Below are positions 35,827 through 49,109 of a stretch of DNA of 64,000 nucleotides, one piece after another; position 1 is the first letter of the stretch; each line of letters begins with the position of its first letter. Below the pieces are notes generated by a model. That model was not told where the DNA came from. It saw only the letters and a list, made by a program, of their open reading frames with translations, and made no database searches. The DNA comes from Chiloscyllium plagiosum (lineage: Eukaryota), in NCBI RefSeq assembly GCF_004010195.1, contig NC_057718.1, forward strand, positions 65,782,770 to 65,846,769, in the 5' to 3' direction. The position numbers and the translations under genes are program-made.

Positions 35827-37388
35827 ACAAAAGAAAAACTGAAGAACTGCAGATGTTGGAAATCAGAAAAAAAAAATAGAAATTGCTGGAAAACCTCAGC
35901 AGGTCTGGAAGCATCTATGGAGAGAAAGCAGAGTTAAAGCTTTGGGTGCAGTGCTCCTCCTTCAGTGTTAATAGTAGCTAGGAAAAATTCAAAATATAGG
36001 ACGGGGGGACTCCAAATGTTCATATTTTCCCCAGCTGAAGATTCACAACAATCATGGCTGACAGGTCCCTCAGACATGTTTGAACCATCTCCCACATTTC
36101 AGTCCTTACTCCCTCTGTTCCCTCCCACAACAGTGATAGGGTCCCCTTCGTCCTCAACTACCATCCCACCAGCGTCGACTTCCAAAAGACTATTAGCTAC
36201 CATTTTTTGTTCCCTGATGGTAGGATGCCACCTTCAGACACATTCACCTCCTCTCCTGTTAGCCTTCTGCAGGGACTGCTCCCTCCAGAGCAACTTGGTC
36301 CTCTTCTTGTCCACTCCTAACAACCCCCAATAGCCCCATGACACCTTCCCATGAAGTCACAGAAGATGTAATACCTGCCCATTTATTTCCTCCCTTCTCA
36401 CTATCCAAGGCCTCGGGCACACCTTCCAAGTGAAGCAGCGCTTTACCTGCACTTCATTCGATCTACTGCATTTACTGCTCACAGTGTGGTCTCCTGTACA
36501 CTAGGGAGACAAAGTGCAGACTGGGTGATCACTTTGCAGAACAACTATATTCTATCCGCAAAAATGACCTTGAGCTTCTGATTGCCAACATCTGTCTCTC
36601 AGGCTTGCTGCATGTTCCAGCGAAACTAAGCACTGTAGGATTGTAATGAGGTCAACCAGGTGGGTCTCATAGGTTAACAGTCCCAATCAGGGAGTCCTGG
36701 CTAACAAATATAAACAAGAATGTCAGAGATTCTGGTCACTGAGAGCTGGCTCTGAGGATTCTAGACCAGTGTCAAGGATTATGCACATGTAAATAAAGGG
36801 CCACTTGGTGATGGGATACCAGCCTCTGTGTTATTTCAAGTACAAACTGGAAAAGCATCATCTCATTTTCCACTTGTGGTTTCTGCAGCCCTCTGGACTC
36901 ACTATCAAGCTCAACAATTTTCAGGCTTGAGCACCTTCTCCCATGGCTTTACCCCAATCCTAACACACTAGGCCTTGCCATCATTCCTGATGAAGGGCTT
37001 TTGCCCAAACCATCGATTCTCCTGCTTCTCAAATGCTGTGCTTTTCCAGCACCACACTCTCGACACTTGCCATCGCACAGCTGCTACAACAAGCAAACCA
37101 TTGCTAGCCACTAATGGTCCCCATTAGCTGCTATTCATTCTCTCAGGCTAACGTTTACCCATTTCTTTGTCTGTCCAATTGTTTTTCCCTTTCTCAGCTC
37201 CACCTCCACTTCCACCTGTCAATTACTCCTCCACGCTCATCCAGCATATCTTTAACATATATACCCGAACATTTTCCTAGCTACAAGCAATTCTGAAGAG
37301 GAGTTACTGGACCCAAAATATTAACTCTGCTTTCCCTCCATAGATGCTGCCAGACCTGTTGAGTTTATTTTACAACAATTTCTGTTTT
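35827..37388 (+). mobile_element. Neptune-type Penelope-like element (inverted pLTR, GIY-YIG remnant, pLTR) with a nested solo LTR and a second PLE piece (36983-37065)
   Basis: 15-bp TSD tgttcatttctctaa at 35812 and 37389. CNTCPFISSLLTIQGLGHTFQVKQRFTCTS and CSQCGLLYTRETKCRLGDHFAE. Nested TSD cttgccatc at 36974 and 37066. Confidence 0.88.
36634..36838 (+). mobile_element. Solo LTR (TG...CA), probably Gypsy-type
   Basis: tgtagg...gttatttca containing ccaat, tataaa and aataaa. 5-bp TSD agcac/agtac. Interrupts the PLE endonuclease sequence. Confidence 0.7.
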
Positions 37389-37848
37389 TGTTCATTTCTC
37401 TAATTTGGAGACGTTATGTCTTGCACTGTTCCAGCTGTGCTAAGTGAATTTGACAAGGACAAACTATTGAAGTTGGGTCCATTTTTTATAGAACTCAGCT
37501 TAACTAGATGAAACATTGGGAGAAACTACTTGTCTAGATGCAAGTTTATATTTTACATACTGAAAGATCTAAGTTAGTCACTTTAATAGAGGTTATTTTT
37601 TAGCTGAAACTTTGTTTTGCTTATAACTAAATCCTATTTGAATAGACTTACAAAGGCACATCACTGACTGGAAATTGTTACCAGCTGATGGTGTGAATGG
37701 ATCCTCAAAATTATATTAATTCCATGGGTAAATAATCAAAATTCCTTCAAAAGACTAGAACTTTTAATTCTTTGAAGGGAGTGGGGAGGATTACTAAACA
37801 GTACGATAAAGTGAATCCATAAGAAAATTCTTATGTAACTTAGACCAT

Positions 37849-38562
37849 GCACTTAATGGTAAGGTCCTAGTGAGTGTTGCTGAACAAAGAGACCTTGGAG
37901 TGCAGGTTCATAGCTCCTTGAAAGGGGAGCCGCAGGTAGATAGGATAGTGAAGGCGGCATTTGGTATGCTTTCCTTTATTGGTCAGAGTATTGAGTACAG
38001 GAGTTGGGAGGTCATGTTGCAGCTGTACAGGACATTGGTTAGGCCACTGTTGGAATATTGCGTGCAATTCTGGTCTCCTTCCTATCGGAAAGATGTTGCG
38101 AAACTTGAAAGGGTTCAGAAAAGATTTACAAGGATGTTGGCTGGGGCTGTTTTCCCTGGAGCGTCGGAGGCTGAAGGGTCACCTTATAGAGGTTTACAAA
38201 ATTATGAGGGGCATGGATAGGGTAAATAGACAAAGTCTTTTCCCTGGGGTCAGGGAGTCCAGAACTAGAGGGCATAGGTTTAGGGTCAGAGGGGAAAGAT
38301 ATAAAAGAGACCAAAGGGGCAACTTTTTCACACAGAGGGTGGTTCATGTATGGAATGAGCTGCCAGAGGATGTGGTGGAGGCTGGTACAATTACATTTAA
38401 GAGGCATTTGGATGGGTATATGAATAGGAAGGATTTGGAAGGATATGGGCCAGGCTCTGGCAGGTGGGACTAGATTGGGTTGGGATATCTGGTCAGCATG
38501 GACGGGTTGGACCGAAGGATCTGTTTCCATGCTGTACATCTCTATGACTCTATCTATGACTC
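37849..38562 (+). mobile_element. Young CR1/HER1-type LINE 3' fragment
   Basis: ORFs 37870..38220 and 37961..38473; ctatgact tail. Confidence 0.92.
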
Positions 38563-38902
38563 TAAATGAAACTTTCACAGAACCATCGAAACAAGATTAG
38601 ACAAGGTATTGGATTGAGCATCAACAAAAATCATCTTGTCAAATCAACAACATTTATATGTTGAAGGCCCTAACACATAATGATCTGGAACTTCTATTAT
38701 AGCAGCAGATTGTTAAAAGAAATTTGATGGCATATAAGAAAATGTAAATTTTAAAGTGTAACAACCACACAAAACCCACAGATTCACACTTCACTTGTGT
38801 CACTTCCTGTTTGCAAGTCTTGACTTAGTTCAAATAGCAATTTTTGATTGAATGTATGGGTTTCTAAATTGTTTTAAAACTTGTTTTTCTTTTTCATTCC
38901 AG

Positions 38903-38953
38903 CCCACCCAGTCTTCAGTCTCAGCCACTGGAGCAGCAAATGGAAACACAACT
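38903..38953 (+). CDS. IPCEF1: IPCEF1/CNKSR3-IPCEF1 coding exon (phase 0/0), PTQSSVSATGAANGNTT
   Basis: Acceptor ttgtttttctttttcattccag, donor act|gtaagt. 51 nt, stop-free and in frame with the next exon. No recognisable homology, so support is splice signals and frame only. Confidence 0.65.
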
Positions 38954-39229
38954 GTAAGTCACCAGTTACAATTTGGAATATGTTTTAACAACTGCAACCT
39001 ACTCAGGTTGGTGTATTTTAGTTGTTTGTAACATGGTAACAGTGTGAAGACCCGGTTACAAGCAACAGGATGTTCACTGAAATCCTGGTAATTGATTTGT
39101 TTTATGCTGTGCGTCAGTCGCAGTCAGATATTAGTGAAAGATTTGAGCTGACTGCATGCATATCAAATGCTCTCAACATCTGTGATCTATGAAGCCAAAT
39201 GCTGCAGCCTATTTTTCTTATCTTCATAG

Positions 39230-39263
39230 GTTGCTTTGCGTCCAACGAGAAAGAAGATTCGAG
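39230..39263 (+). CDS. IPCEF1: IPCEF1 coding micro-exon VALRPTRKKIR(G)
   Basis: Acceptor tttttcttatcttcatag, donor gag|gtaatt. 34 nt, phase 0/1. Resembles the basic VPLRQKPRRKTQG segment preceding the mammalian IPCEF1 PH domain (from memory). Confidence 0.85.
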
Positions 39264-39477
39264 GTAATTTATTTTCATTGTTCTCTCAGCATAATTTGTG
39301 ACATCATAGGAAGGATCAGTGGGTTGTTGAATAGAGCTGTCTTGCTGCTGTTGAAATGATACTGGTTTAGAGATCTAAATGATTTATTTATTTTGTATTT
39401 AAAAGTAACATGTCAATACATTGTGTGCTGAATTAAAATATGAAACTGGTTTGAAAGTCCAAGCAGACGGAGGTTAG

Positions 39478-39693
<216 letters not shown>

Positions 39694-41077
39694 TGACCTA
39701 ATATTTCTGTGACTGGAGTTAAGTTTGACATGGAGAATTGTAGTCTAATATTTTAATAATATGAGAATAGTCTATCATTTTCATTTCATTTTAAGGAGTA
39801 AATCGATCATATTTTTGGAGGGCACTTACTAAAATATGGAGAAGTCTGATGCAGATGCATTGAACAGAAATACATAACTTTCATGATGGGAGAAAGGAAA
39901 GTTCTTGGGACCATTTTGCAAAATTCTGGTGACCAGCTTTGGTTGAGGGGCCTGGGAATGGATTAGCTGATCAACATCTCAGCTTTAGCCAGATAGTTTG
40001 GGGCATTACAGAGAAGGGCCTCTGTAGGTATGCAGGGACCAAATAGGGTTGTGCACATTTCTCAAATGTGTGAGCACAGAGAAGTATTCATGAAGTACTT
40101 TCACATTAGCTGAGTAAATATGGTATATGATGTAATCATAAAATCATGGTGATGTGACCTAATATTGAGCTGACAAACATTCACCAAATGTTACATTATT
40201 AAACTTAACATGCAGAAAATGACCAGCAGGCCCAGGATTTCTTACACAGAAAACCCACAGCTACTTCCACACCACTGGGCTAGAACTAGGCTCCTGTTTA
40301 AAGATATTTGCAAGCAGCACATTGATACCAAAGCTGGAAAGAGCTGACAAACAATAAAGTTCACTGTCAGTGCACTACCTCAAGGAGCCAAAGAGGCTGA
40401 GGAGAGGTCATTGTGAAGACAAACATGAAAAGGGCTTTTGGCTGTAAGAAATAAAATGGTGCGGGCTTTTGTTAATTTAAAAGGATGTTTTGCAACTCAC
40501 TGTAAATGATAAGGACTGTTGCTCAAGAACAGGAATCTGTTGCATCATGGAAAAGTAAAGAAAGTTGCTTTGAATGCTTGCACCCTTGTCCTTCATGTTG
40601 GATAGTTGCCATATACTTGTGCGATAAATAAACAATAAAATATATTGCTGGAACCTTAGTTTGTCATGACTGCACAACTAAAACAATATCCAGTAGTCAG
40701 CATTTATCCTTCCCTAATTTCCAAAGATAAAGCAATTTGCTTGCAGCTAGCCAATTCTCCCTGATGGGGAGAGAAATATTAGCATACTTAACATATTAAT
40801 AAGACCTGTTACTGGGCTGTGCTGTTCTTTGTTCCAACAATTGATAATTAACAGAAAATCATCATTACTTTCATAAACAAATAAAATCTGACACAACATG
40901 TTGAATCTAGAATTTGGTGAAAACTAAATAATGGAATGTAATTTCTTAAGATATATTGATATTCTGCAACTGCATGATTGGTTCAAATTTGTCTGTTAAA
41001 CTTGCAGAATACATTTTACACCACTTATAAATCTAAAGTTCAAATTGACTGGAAAAGATCAGTCTAGCATCAAAGTT

Positions 41078-41235
41078 TTAGATTAGATTAGATTACTTAC
41101 AGTGTGGAAACAGACCCTTTGGCCCAACAAGTCCACACCGACACACCGAAGCATAACCCACCCAGACCCATTCCCCTACATTTACCCCTTCACCTAACAC
41201 TACCGGCAATTTAGCATGGCCAATTCACCTCACCT
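41078..41235 (-). mobile_element. 3' half of an HE1-like SINE
   Basis: (ttaga)n tail, cagtgtggaaacagaccc...caatttagcatggccaattcacct. Confidence 0.8.
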
Positions 41236-41899
41236 CTAAATGAGATTTCCTTCACTAGAAAATGCTTTGACAATGTGTTCATGCTGCATTTAGGTGCAGC
41301 ATTGACAAGAACAAAAATTACTTGCCAGAATCATTACATTTGCAATGTGAATATTTCCTTTGCAATGTGTCAGCAGAGACAACATTAAAATAATTATCCC
41401 CAATTTAGGGCAGTGTGGCTAAATTTGTAATTGTCAAGTTCTGAAATAGGCTGTTCTGAAAATTAGCAGGAATTACTAGATTCATAAATTGATGTTGCCC
41501 TTGCCGAAGTTCAACTTATGCATTAGGCACAGTGAGCATTTAGAATTCACTGTGTTTTGAAACAATACTTAAATATTAGTTGCAACTTTATATCATTGTT
41601 ATGATTCCAACTGTCCCCAATTTAACAAGTCAAATGCCAGACTAAAATCAGGCTTGATAGATCATATCTTCTTACTTATCAAAGTGTTTTTTTAACTGAA
41701 ACACACAGGTAATGCTGCAGATTTGATTTTAACAATAAAACAGAAGTTAATTACACTAAAGTAAGGAAGCTAAAATAGAAGAAACAAACCATTTAAATAT
41801 AAATCTGTGGCCACAATATGATAGAATTCTTCATGAAGATGGGGAGCGACACAATTGATTCTGTGACTAAGGTTTAGAATCTAAAGAACAGAAATTATG

Positions 41900-43105
41900 A
41901 TGATAGGAGGCAAGAGCTGGCTTTGATAAATTGTGAAACATTAGTTAAAAGGATGACGGGGGTAGACAATGTCAAACATTTAAAGAGCACAATTACAGGA
42001 CTGCAATAGTCGTTCAATCCTATCAAATAAAATGAGAAAGGTGGCCTGAGCCTAGCTAACAAGGAAATTATGGATGGTGTTAGATACAAGGAAGAGAATT
42101 AGACTTAGAATTGGAAGTAGTTTAGATTTTAACAAAGGCAGATAATGGATTGGTTAAGAAGGAGAAAGTACAGTATAAGACTAAGCTTGCCGGAAACAAC
42201 ATGCAAACTGATTATAAAAGCTTCTATGGGTATGTGAAGAGAAAACATTTAGTGAAGTAAACTTAAGTCCCATACAGTCAGAAACAGGGAAAGTTACAAT
42301 GGGGTCAAAGAGATAGCAGACCAATTAAAAACATATTTTGGGGTTCTGTCTTCACAAAGAATGACACAAATAATGCCCTAAAGTATGTCAGAGAACACAG
42401 AGTCGAGTGTGAAAGAGAGGAACCGAAGAAAATCAGCATTAGTAGGAAATGGTATTTGGGAAATTGATGGAATTAAAAGCTGATAAATCCCCAGGGCTCA
42501 AGTATCTGCATCCCAGACCACCTAAGGAAGTTGCCTTAGAAATAATAGAGGCATTGGTGGTCATCTATCAAGATTCTTTAGACTTTAGAACAGTTCCTAT
42601 GAATTGGAGGGTAGCCAAAGTAACCCCTCAATTTAAAAAGGAGGTAGAGAGAAAAGAGGGAAATTATAGGCCGGTTAGCCTGACATTGACAGTAGGGAAA
42701 ATACTAGAATCAATTATAAAAGATTTAATTGCAGAGCACTTTGAAAACAATGACAGGATTGAGCAGAGTTAGCATGGATTTATGAAAGGGAAATCATGCT
42801 TGACAAATGTACCAGAATGTTTTTTGAGCATGTTGTTTACTTGGACCTTCAGGAGGTTGTCGACAAAGTACCACATAATAAATTAAAGAGGATGGGCTTG
42901 AGATTCATGTATTGACGTAGATAATCGCGAGACAGGAAACAAAGAATGTGTCTTTTTCTGAGAGCAGGCAGTGACTAATGGGGTACTGCAGGATTCAGTT
43001 GTTGGACTACAGCTGTTCACAATAAATATTAATGATTTAGATAAGGGAATTAAATGTAATATCTCCAAATTTGCAGACAGCTCAAAGTTGGGAAAGCTAA
43101 AAGGG
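41900..43105 (+). mobile_element. Decayed CR1 ORF2
   Basis: ORF 42449..42772 LKADKSPG...WRVAKVTPQFKK...GNYRPVSLT. Confidence 0.85.
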
Positions 43106-43254
43106 GACATGAAAAGATACTGCAGGTAAAATAAAGGAAAAGCTCATTTGTTTTACGGGTCATATTGTGGCCACACATTTATATTTAAATGGTTTACAGT
43201 ACTGAAATATCAGAATGGGTCCCCTTGTCTATCACACCAATAGGTCATAGAATG

Positions 43255-45650
43255 AGAGTCAAAGAGATCTACAACACAGAAGAATAGTCTCTTTGGTTCA
43301 TTGCATCTGTGTCAACCACCCTATTGCTATTTTCCAAATCTTGGACTTTAGTCTTGTATACCTTGGCATCACAAATGTATATCTGAATGCTACTTCAATG
43401 TTATGAGGGCTGCTACCTCTATCATTCTTATAGAAAGTGATTTCTAGATTCTCACCACCTTTTGGGTCAAAACATTTTTCCACACATGTCCTCTAAACCT
43501 CCTGCCCTTACCTGAAATATATGCCTCCTAGTCATTGATCCCTCCATCAAGGAGAACTGTTTCTTCCTGTCCACCCTATCCATGCCCCTCAATTTTATAC
43601 ATCTCAAACATGATCTCCTCAGTCTCCTCTGCTTGAAGGAAAACAACCCCAGTTTGTCCATTCTCACTGTATAACTGAAACTTTCTAGCCCTGGAAATAT
43701 CCTGGAGAATTTCCACTTCACCCTCTTTAGTGTTATCACAAGTCTCTTATAATCTGGATTCCAGAACTGTAGACAATACTCATGCTAATGGTCTAACTAA
43801 TGTTTTATATAGTTCCCACATAACCTCCCTGCTCTTAAACTCTCTGCCTCAGCTAATAAAGGCAAGTATATCATAAGATTTCTTAACCACTTTATCCATC
43901 TGTCCTGATACTTTAAGAGACCGTTGGACATGCACACAAAGCTCCCTCTGATCCTCGGTGCTTCCCAGGCTTCTACCATTCATCATGTATTGCCTTGCCT
44001 TATTTGTCTGACCCAAGTGCACCACTTCACATCTATCCATTTGCCACTGTTCAACCCAACTGACTAGCTCACTTATATCCTCCTGAAATCTAAGGCTATC
44101 CTCCACATTATGTACCTCTCCACCAATTCTTGTATTGTCTGTGAACTTACTGAACAACCCTCTTACTTACAAATCTAACTCATTTATATAAATCATGAAC
44201 AACAACAGCCTCAATGCTGACCCTGAGCGACCCCATTGGACACAGGCTTCCATCTGGAAAAACATATTTCAACAATCACCCTCCACTTCCTGTCATCCAG
44301 CCAATTGTGGGTCTAATTTGCCAAATTTCCTTGGAGCCCATGGATTGTTATCTTTGCTATCAGTCTTCCAAGTGGCACCTTATCAAAAGCCATGCTGCAG
44401 TTCAAGTAAACCACATCAAAAACATTGTCCTCATCTATATATCTGGTCACTTCTTCAAAAAAATTCAATCAAATTGGGCAGACATGATCTCCCTTTAACA
44501 AAACCATGTTGACTATTCTTGATTAATCCCCGCCCCCCCAAATGCAGATTCATTCTGTCTCTCAGAATTATTTCAAATAATTCACCACCACTGAGGCCTC
44601 TAGTTTCCTAATTTATCCCTTGCTGTCTTCTTGAATAACAGTACCATTTTGCTGTCCTCCAGTCATCTGCCATTTCTCTATGGCCAAAGAGGAATTGAAC
44701 ATTTTTGCAAGTGTTTCTGTTGTTTCGTCCCCTGCTTCACTCAACAATCTGAGATACATTTCATCTGGCCCTGGTTATTTATCGACTTTTAAGTCTACCA
44801 GACCACTCAGAACTTCCTCTCTGTCTATGCTAATGTCTTTAATTATATCACAGACATTCCCCCTGATTTTTGTATCCATATCGTCCTTCTCACTAGTGAA
44901 CACTGACATACCTACATTCTCTGGCTCCATATACAAATTATTGCTGTGGTCCTCAATAGACACTGTTCCCCTCATTATACCTTTAGCATTAATGGACCCA
45001 TAAAACAATTGAGCTTTTCCTTTATTTTACTTGCAGTATCTTTTCATGTCCCCTTTTAGCTTTCCCAACTTGTTTTTTAAGTTCCCCCTTGCACATTTTA
45101 TATTCTAAGGCTTCTGTTGTTTTGAATACTCATTATTTGCCATAAGCCTCTCTTTCTGAATCCAATGCTGTATAGCTCCCAACATTCAGGGCTCACAGGA
45201 TTTGATAGTCCCACCATTTTCTTTTTTGGATGATGTTGACCCTGTACTCTCCATATTTCCTTCTTGAATGCATCCTACTGTTCTGAGACAGATTTACCTG
45301 AAAGCATCTGTTCCCAGTCCACTCTGCCCAAATCGTATCTTATTTTTTTAAAAAGTCAGCCTTCCAACCAGTTTAGAACTTTGATATTAGGACCATCTTT
45401 GTCCATTTCCATAATAATCTTGAATCTAATGGAGTTACAATTATTGTTTACAAAATGCTCCCCCACTGATACTTTAACCGCTTGCCCAGCTTTGTTACTT
45501 AAAATTCAGTTCAGGACCATCCCCTCTCTTTCCACATACTGATCTATTCAGGATGCAGTTTAAGAATTCTGCTCCTTCTATACCTTTCACACTACAACTA
45601 TCCCAGTTAATGCTGGTTAAGTCAAAATTCCCCACTATCGCTACCCTATT
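43255..45650 (-). mobile_element. Decayed CR1 ORF2
   Basis: ORFs 43467..43739, 43849..44157 (SKFTDNTRIGG) and 44775..45008. Confidence 0.85.
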
Positions 45651-45879
45651 ACCTTCAGATCTGAATTAACTGTTTCTTTCCAGTCTTGTCAGTTTAATTT
45701 CTCACAACCAAGCTTAAATACTTTTAGCTTCAAATAACCCTGCCAAAGATCTAACCAAAGAATTCTGGTCTGGACTTTGTAAACTAAAACTTTACACAGA
45801 ATTAACCTATTTCCTAACTGTTCAGAATTAACTCTCTTCTACAGGAGAAACTGTCCCTACATGTAATCGTACCGAGCTC

Positions 45880-46257
45880 TTTTGTTTTCTTTGATTCATT
45901 TATGGAATGGTTGGGGGTTGGGGTCCATCTGGCTCAGCAGCATTTATTGCCCATCCCTAATTGCCCAGAAGGCAGTTAAGAGTCAACCAAATTGCTGTGG
46001 ATCTGGAGTCACATGTAAGCCAGAACAAGTAAGGACAGCAGTTTCCTTCTCAAAAGGATATTAGTGAACCAGATGAGTTTTTCTAACAATCAACAATGGA
46101 TTCATGGTCATTATCAGATGATTAATTCCATGTTTTATTTTATTGAATTCAAATTCCACTATCTGCCATGATGGGATTCAAACTTGGGGCTCCAGAAAAT
46201 TATCTGGGTCTCTGGATTAACAGTTCAGTGATAATATCATTAGGCCATCACCTCCCT
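45880..46257 (-). mobile_element. tRNA-headed SINE of a second family, near full length
   Basis: Minus strand begins gggaggtgatggcctaatg (box A-like), with box B-like gtttgaatccc. Tail is shared with the LINE 3' end at 11490-11620. Confidence 0.7.
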
Positions 46258-46599
46258 TCGCCCTAGGAACTACAACCAAAAGCTTTCCAATCTGTGGATT
46301 TCCCCTAAGCAAATGAAAAAGAAAACCAATTCCTGATTCTTCTCACTGGAGGCAAACTAATGCTTCCCATTGATTGAAGAGAATAAACAAAAAACTCTCA
46401 CTGTAAACAAACTCCAATTATCGATCCAGGAATAGCCCTCTCAAAAATATTAATTTGAAAACATAGTTCTGGAAAGATTGACAAGTTAATGATTAAACAT
46501 CTTCAATACACATATACCAAAACACACATGCCATAGTTCAAAATCCAAACTCTAAAATAAGTGATGTTAATTCATGTAAATCACATACTTTACATTGTC

Positions 46600-46975
46600 A
46601 AAGTCACAAAACACCAGGTTTATAATTCAACAGGTTTATTTAAAATCACAAACTTTCAGAACACTGCTCCTTCATTTAGTGGAGTGGAGGGAATTGCACG
46701 GGCACAGAATATATAGGTGGAGGGATTGTGGCAAGATAATTCGAGGTAATTAAGAGTGTCAAGAGATAAGTACAAATAGTGTGAGTAGAGTGTTGACAGG
46801 CTGAATAACAAATGAAGGGATGACCTATGAACTGATTAGTTAAGGTGGAGAGATAATTAAACGTAATCAAAACTAAGAAGGTTCTAGAGACAAACCAACT
46901 GGCTGGAATAAGATGAGTAGGTATCAGAGTCACATGATGAGGTTCTAACCAAAGGAACATGTAATCAAAAACTGT
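46600..46975 (-). mobile_element. Degenerate PLE pLTR/3' region
   Basis: aagtcacaaaacaccaggtt...caacaggtttatt...actttcagaacactgctccttcat. Confidence 0.65.
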
Positions 46976-47045
46976 AGTTGTGATTATTTCACTATCCTAA
47001 TTTTAAAAAGAATACTGTAAATTAACATATAGTCTTTGTTAAGTA

Positions 47046-48340
47046 TTTTGGAAAGGCAAAGCAGGGCAGGACTTCTACACTTAATGGTAAGGTCCTGGGG
47101 AGTGTTGTTGAACAAAGAGACCTTGAATGCAGGTTCATAGTTCCTTGAAAGTGGAGTCACAGGTAGATAGGATAGTGGTCAGAGCATTGAATACAGGAGT
47201 TGGGAGGTCATGTTGTGGCTGTACAGGACATTGGTTAGGCCACTTTTGGAATATTGTATGCAATTCTGGTTTTCCTGCTATAGGAAGGATGTTGTGAAAC
47301 TTGCAAGGGTTCAGAAAAGATTTACAAGGATGTTGGCAGGCTTGGAGGATTTGAGCTATAGGGAGAGGCTGACTAGGTTGGGGCTATTTACCCTGGAGCT
47401 TTGGAGGCTGAGGGTGACTTATAGGTGTTTAGAACGGCCGCAGGGGGTCCCTGCACTGGCTGCTTCCTCCCAGTCCCCCCTCACTGTCACCCATCTGTCT
47501 GCCATCTTTGGATGTTGTGAAACTTGCAAGGGTTCAGAAAAGATTTACAAGGATGTTGGCAGGCTTGGAGGATTTGAGCTATCGGGAGAGGCTGACTAGG
47601 TTGGGGCTATTTTCCCTGGAGCTTCGGAGGCTGAGGGTGACTTATAGGTGTTTATAAAATCATGAGGGACATGGATAGGGTGAATAGGCAAGGTTTTTTC
47701 CCTGGGTTGTGGGAGTGCAGAACTAGAAGTGGCACAGTAGCTCAGTGGTTAGCACTGCTACCTCAAAGCACGAGAGACCTGGCTTCAATTCCCGCCTCAG
47801 GCCACTGTCTGTGTGGAGTTTGCACATTCTTCCTGTGTCTGCATGTGTTTTCTCTGGGTACTCTGTTTCCTCCCAAAGTCCAAAGATGTGCAGATCAGGT
47901 GAATTAGTCATGCTAAATTGCCCATAGTGTTATGTGCATTAGTCAGGGGCAAATGTAGGGGAATGGGTCTGGGTGAGTTACTCTCTGGAGGTGTGCACTT
48001 GTTGGGCTAAATGGCCTGTTTCCACACTGTTGGGAATCTAATAAAGGGGATAGGTTTCGTGTGAGAGGGGAAAGATTTCAAAGGGGCCGAAGGGACAACT
48101 TTTTCATGCAGAAGGTGGTGCGAATATGGAATGAGCTGTCAGAGGAAGTGGTGAATGCTGGTACAATTGCAACATTTAAAGGGCATCTGAATGAGTATAT
48201 GAATAGCAACGGTTTAGAGAGATATAGGCCAAGTGATGGCAAATGGAACTAGATTTATTTAGGATATCTAGGAGGCATGGATGTGTTGGACTAAAGGGTC
48301 TGCTTCTCTGCTGCACATCTCTATGACTCTGTCACTCTAT
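47046..48340 (+). mobile_element. CR1/HER1-type 3' fragment with an internal duplication and a nested HE1-like SINE (about 47730-48042)
   Basis: ORF 47210..47599 LYRTLVRPLLEYCMQFW; SINE head tggcacagtagctcagtggttagc. Confidence 0.88.
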
Positions 48341-49109
48341 GTCGTTTGTTAAATTTGAATTAAAGAACATTTTGAATATAGAAAATAAAACACCAGTAGG
48401 TAGTCAAGAAAAAGATTAATTTCCCATTAGTTCACGTGAATAAGTCTTCAGGTGAAGAGCGAACTATGAGAAATGAAAGAGGCTACTTTGGATAACCCCT
48501 GAACATGGGATTCTTAATGTAATAAGCCTACGCATGTACAGTGTAGTATAGTTTTTCACTCATATTGCAGTTGTGGCTACTGCGTTTGGTAGATTTCAGA
48601 CAAGATATTCTTAATGAAGTGCAGACTTCTCATGGCTTCTAGCTGGTACATTTGTCCCTTGAAGATTAGGGGTCGATATGCCCCTTGTGACGTGAATTCT
48701 TATACCCATCTTCCTCTTTCTCTTCCACTCTCTATTTGTCCTTTTCTGTGTGACCTCTATTTACTCCCCTGCCATGCTGTATTTGAAGCGAAATGCCTAT
48801 TAATACACTCATTACTGTTAGCAACTGGTTTGTGCATTTGCCTTGAAATCAGAAAAATTATCAGCAATTTGAAAGAACTAAGAGAAGTAACAAAGTCTTG
48901 TAGAAATATGGCAACAACTAAAATAAATCATTCAGAAAGTAACCTGTAAGAAATTGATGATCCCATCAAATAATGCATCCTGCTGCAGAATAGGTATGTA
49001 GCTGAGCAAGACTCAGAGAAACGGGTTAACTGGAAAGTTGAGCACCAAAATGGCATGACTCATGTCATGTCAGATCTGTTTTCTCTCCATATTTCCAGCA
49101 GATGTAAGA

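Noticed and set aside
1..38900. CNKSR3 SAM/CRIC/PDZ exons or antisense OPRM1 exons expected from mammalian synteny
   Set aside because: None recognised in the window; very small exons could have been missed.
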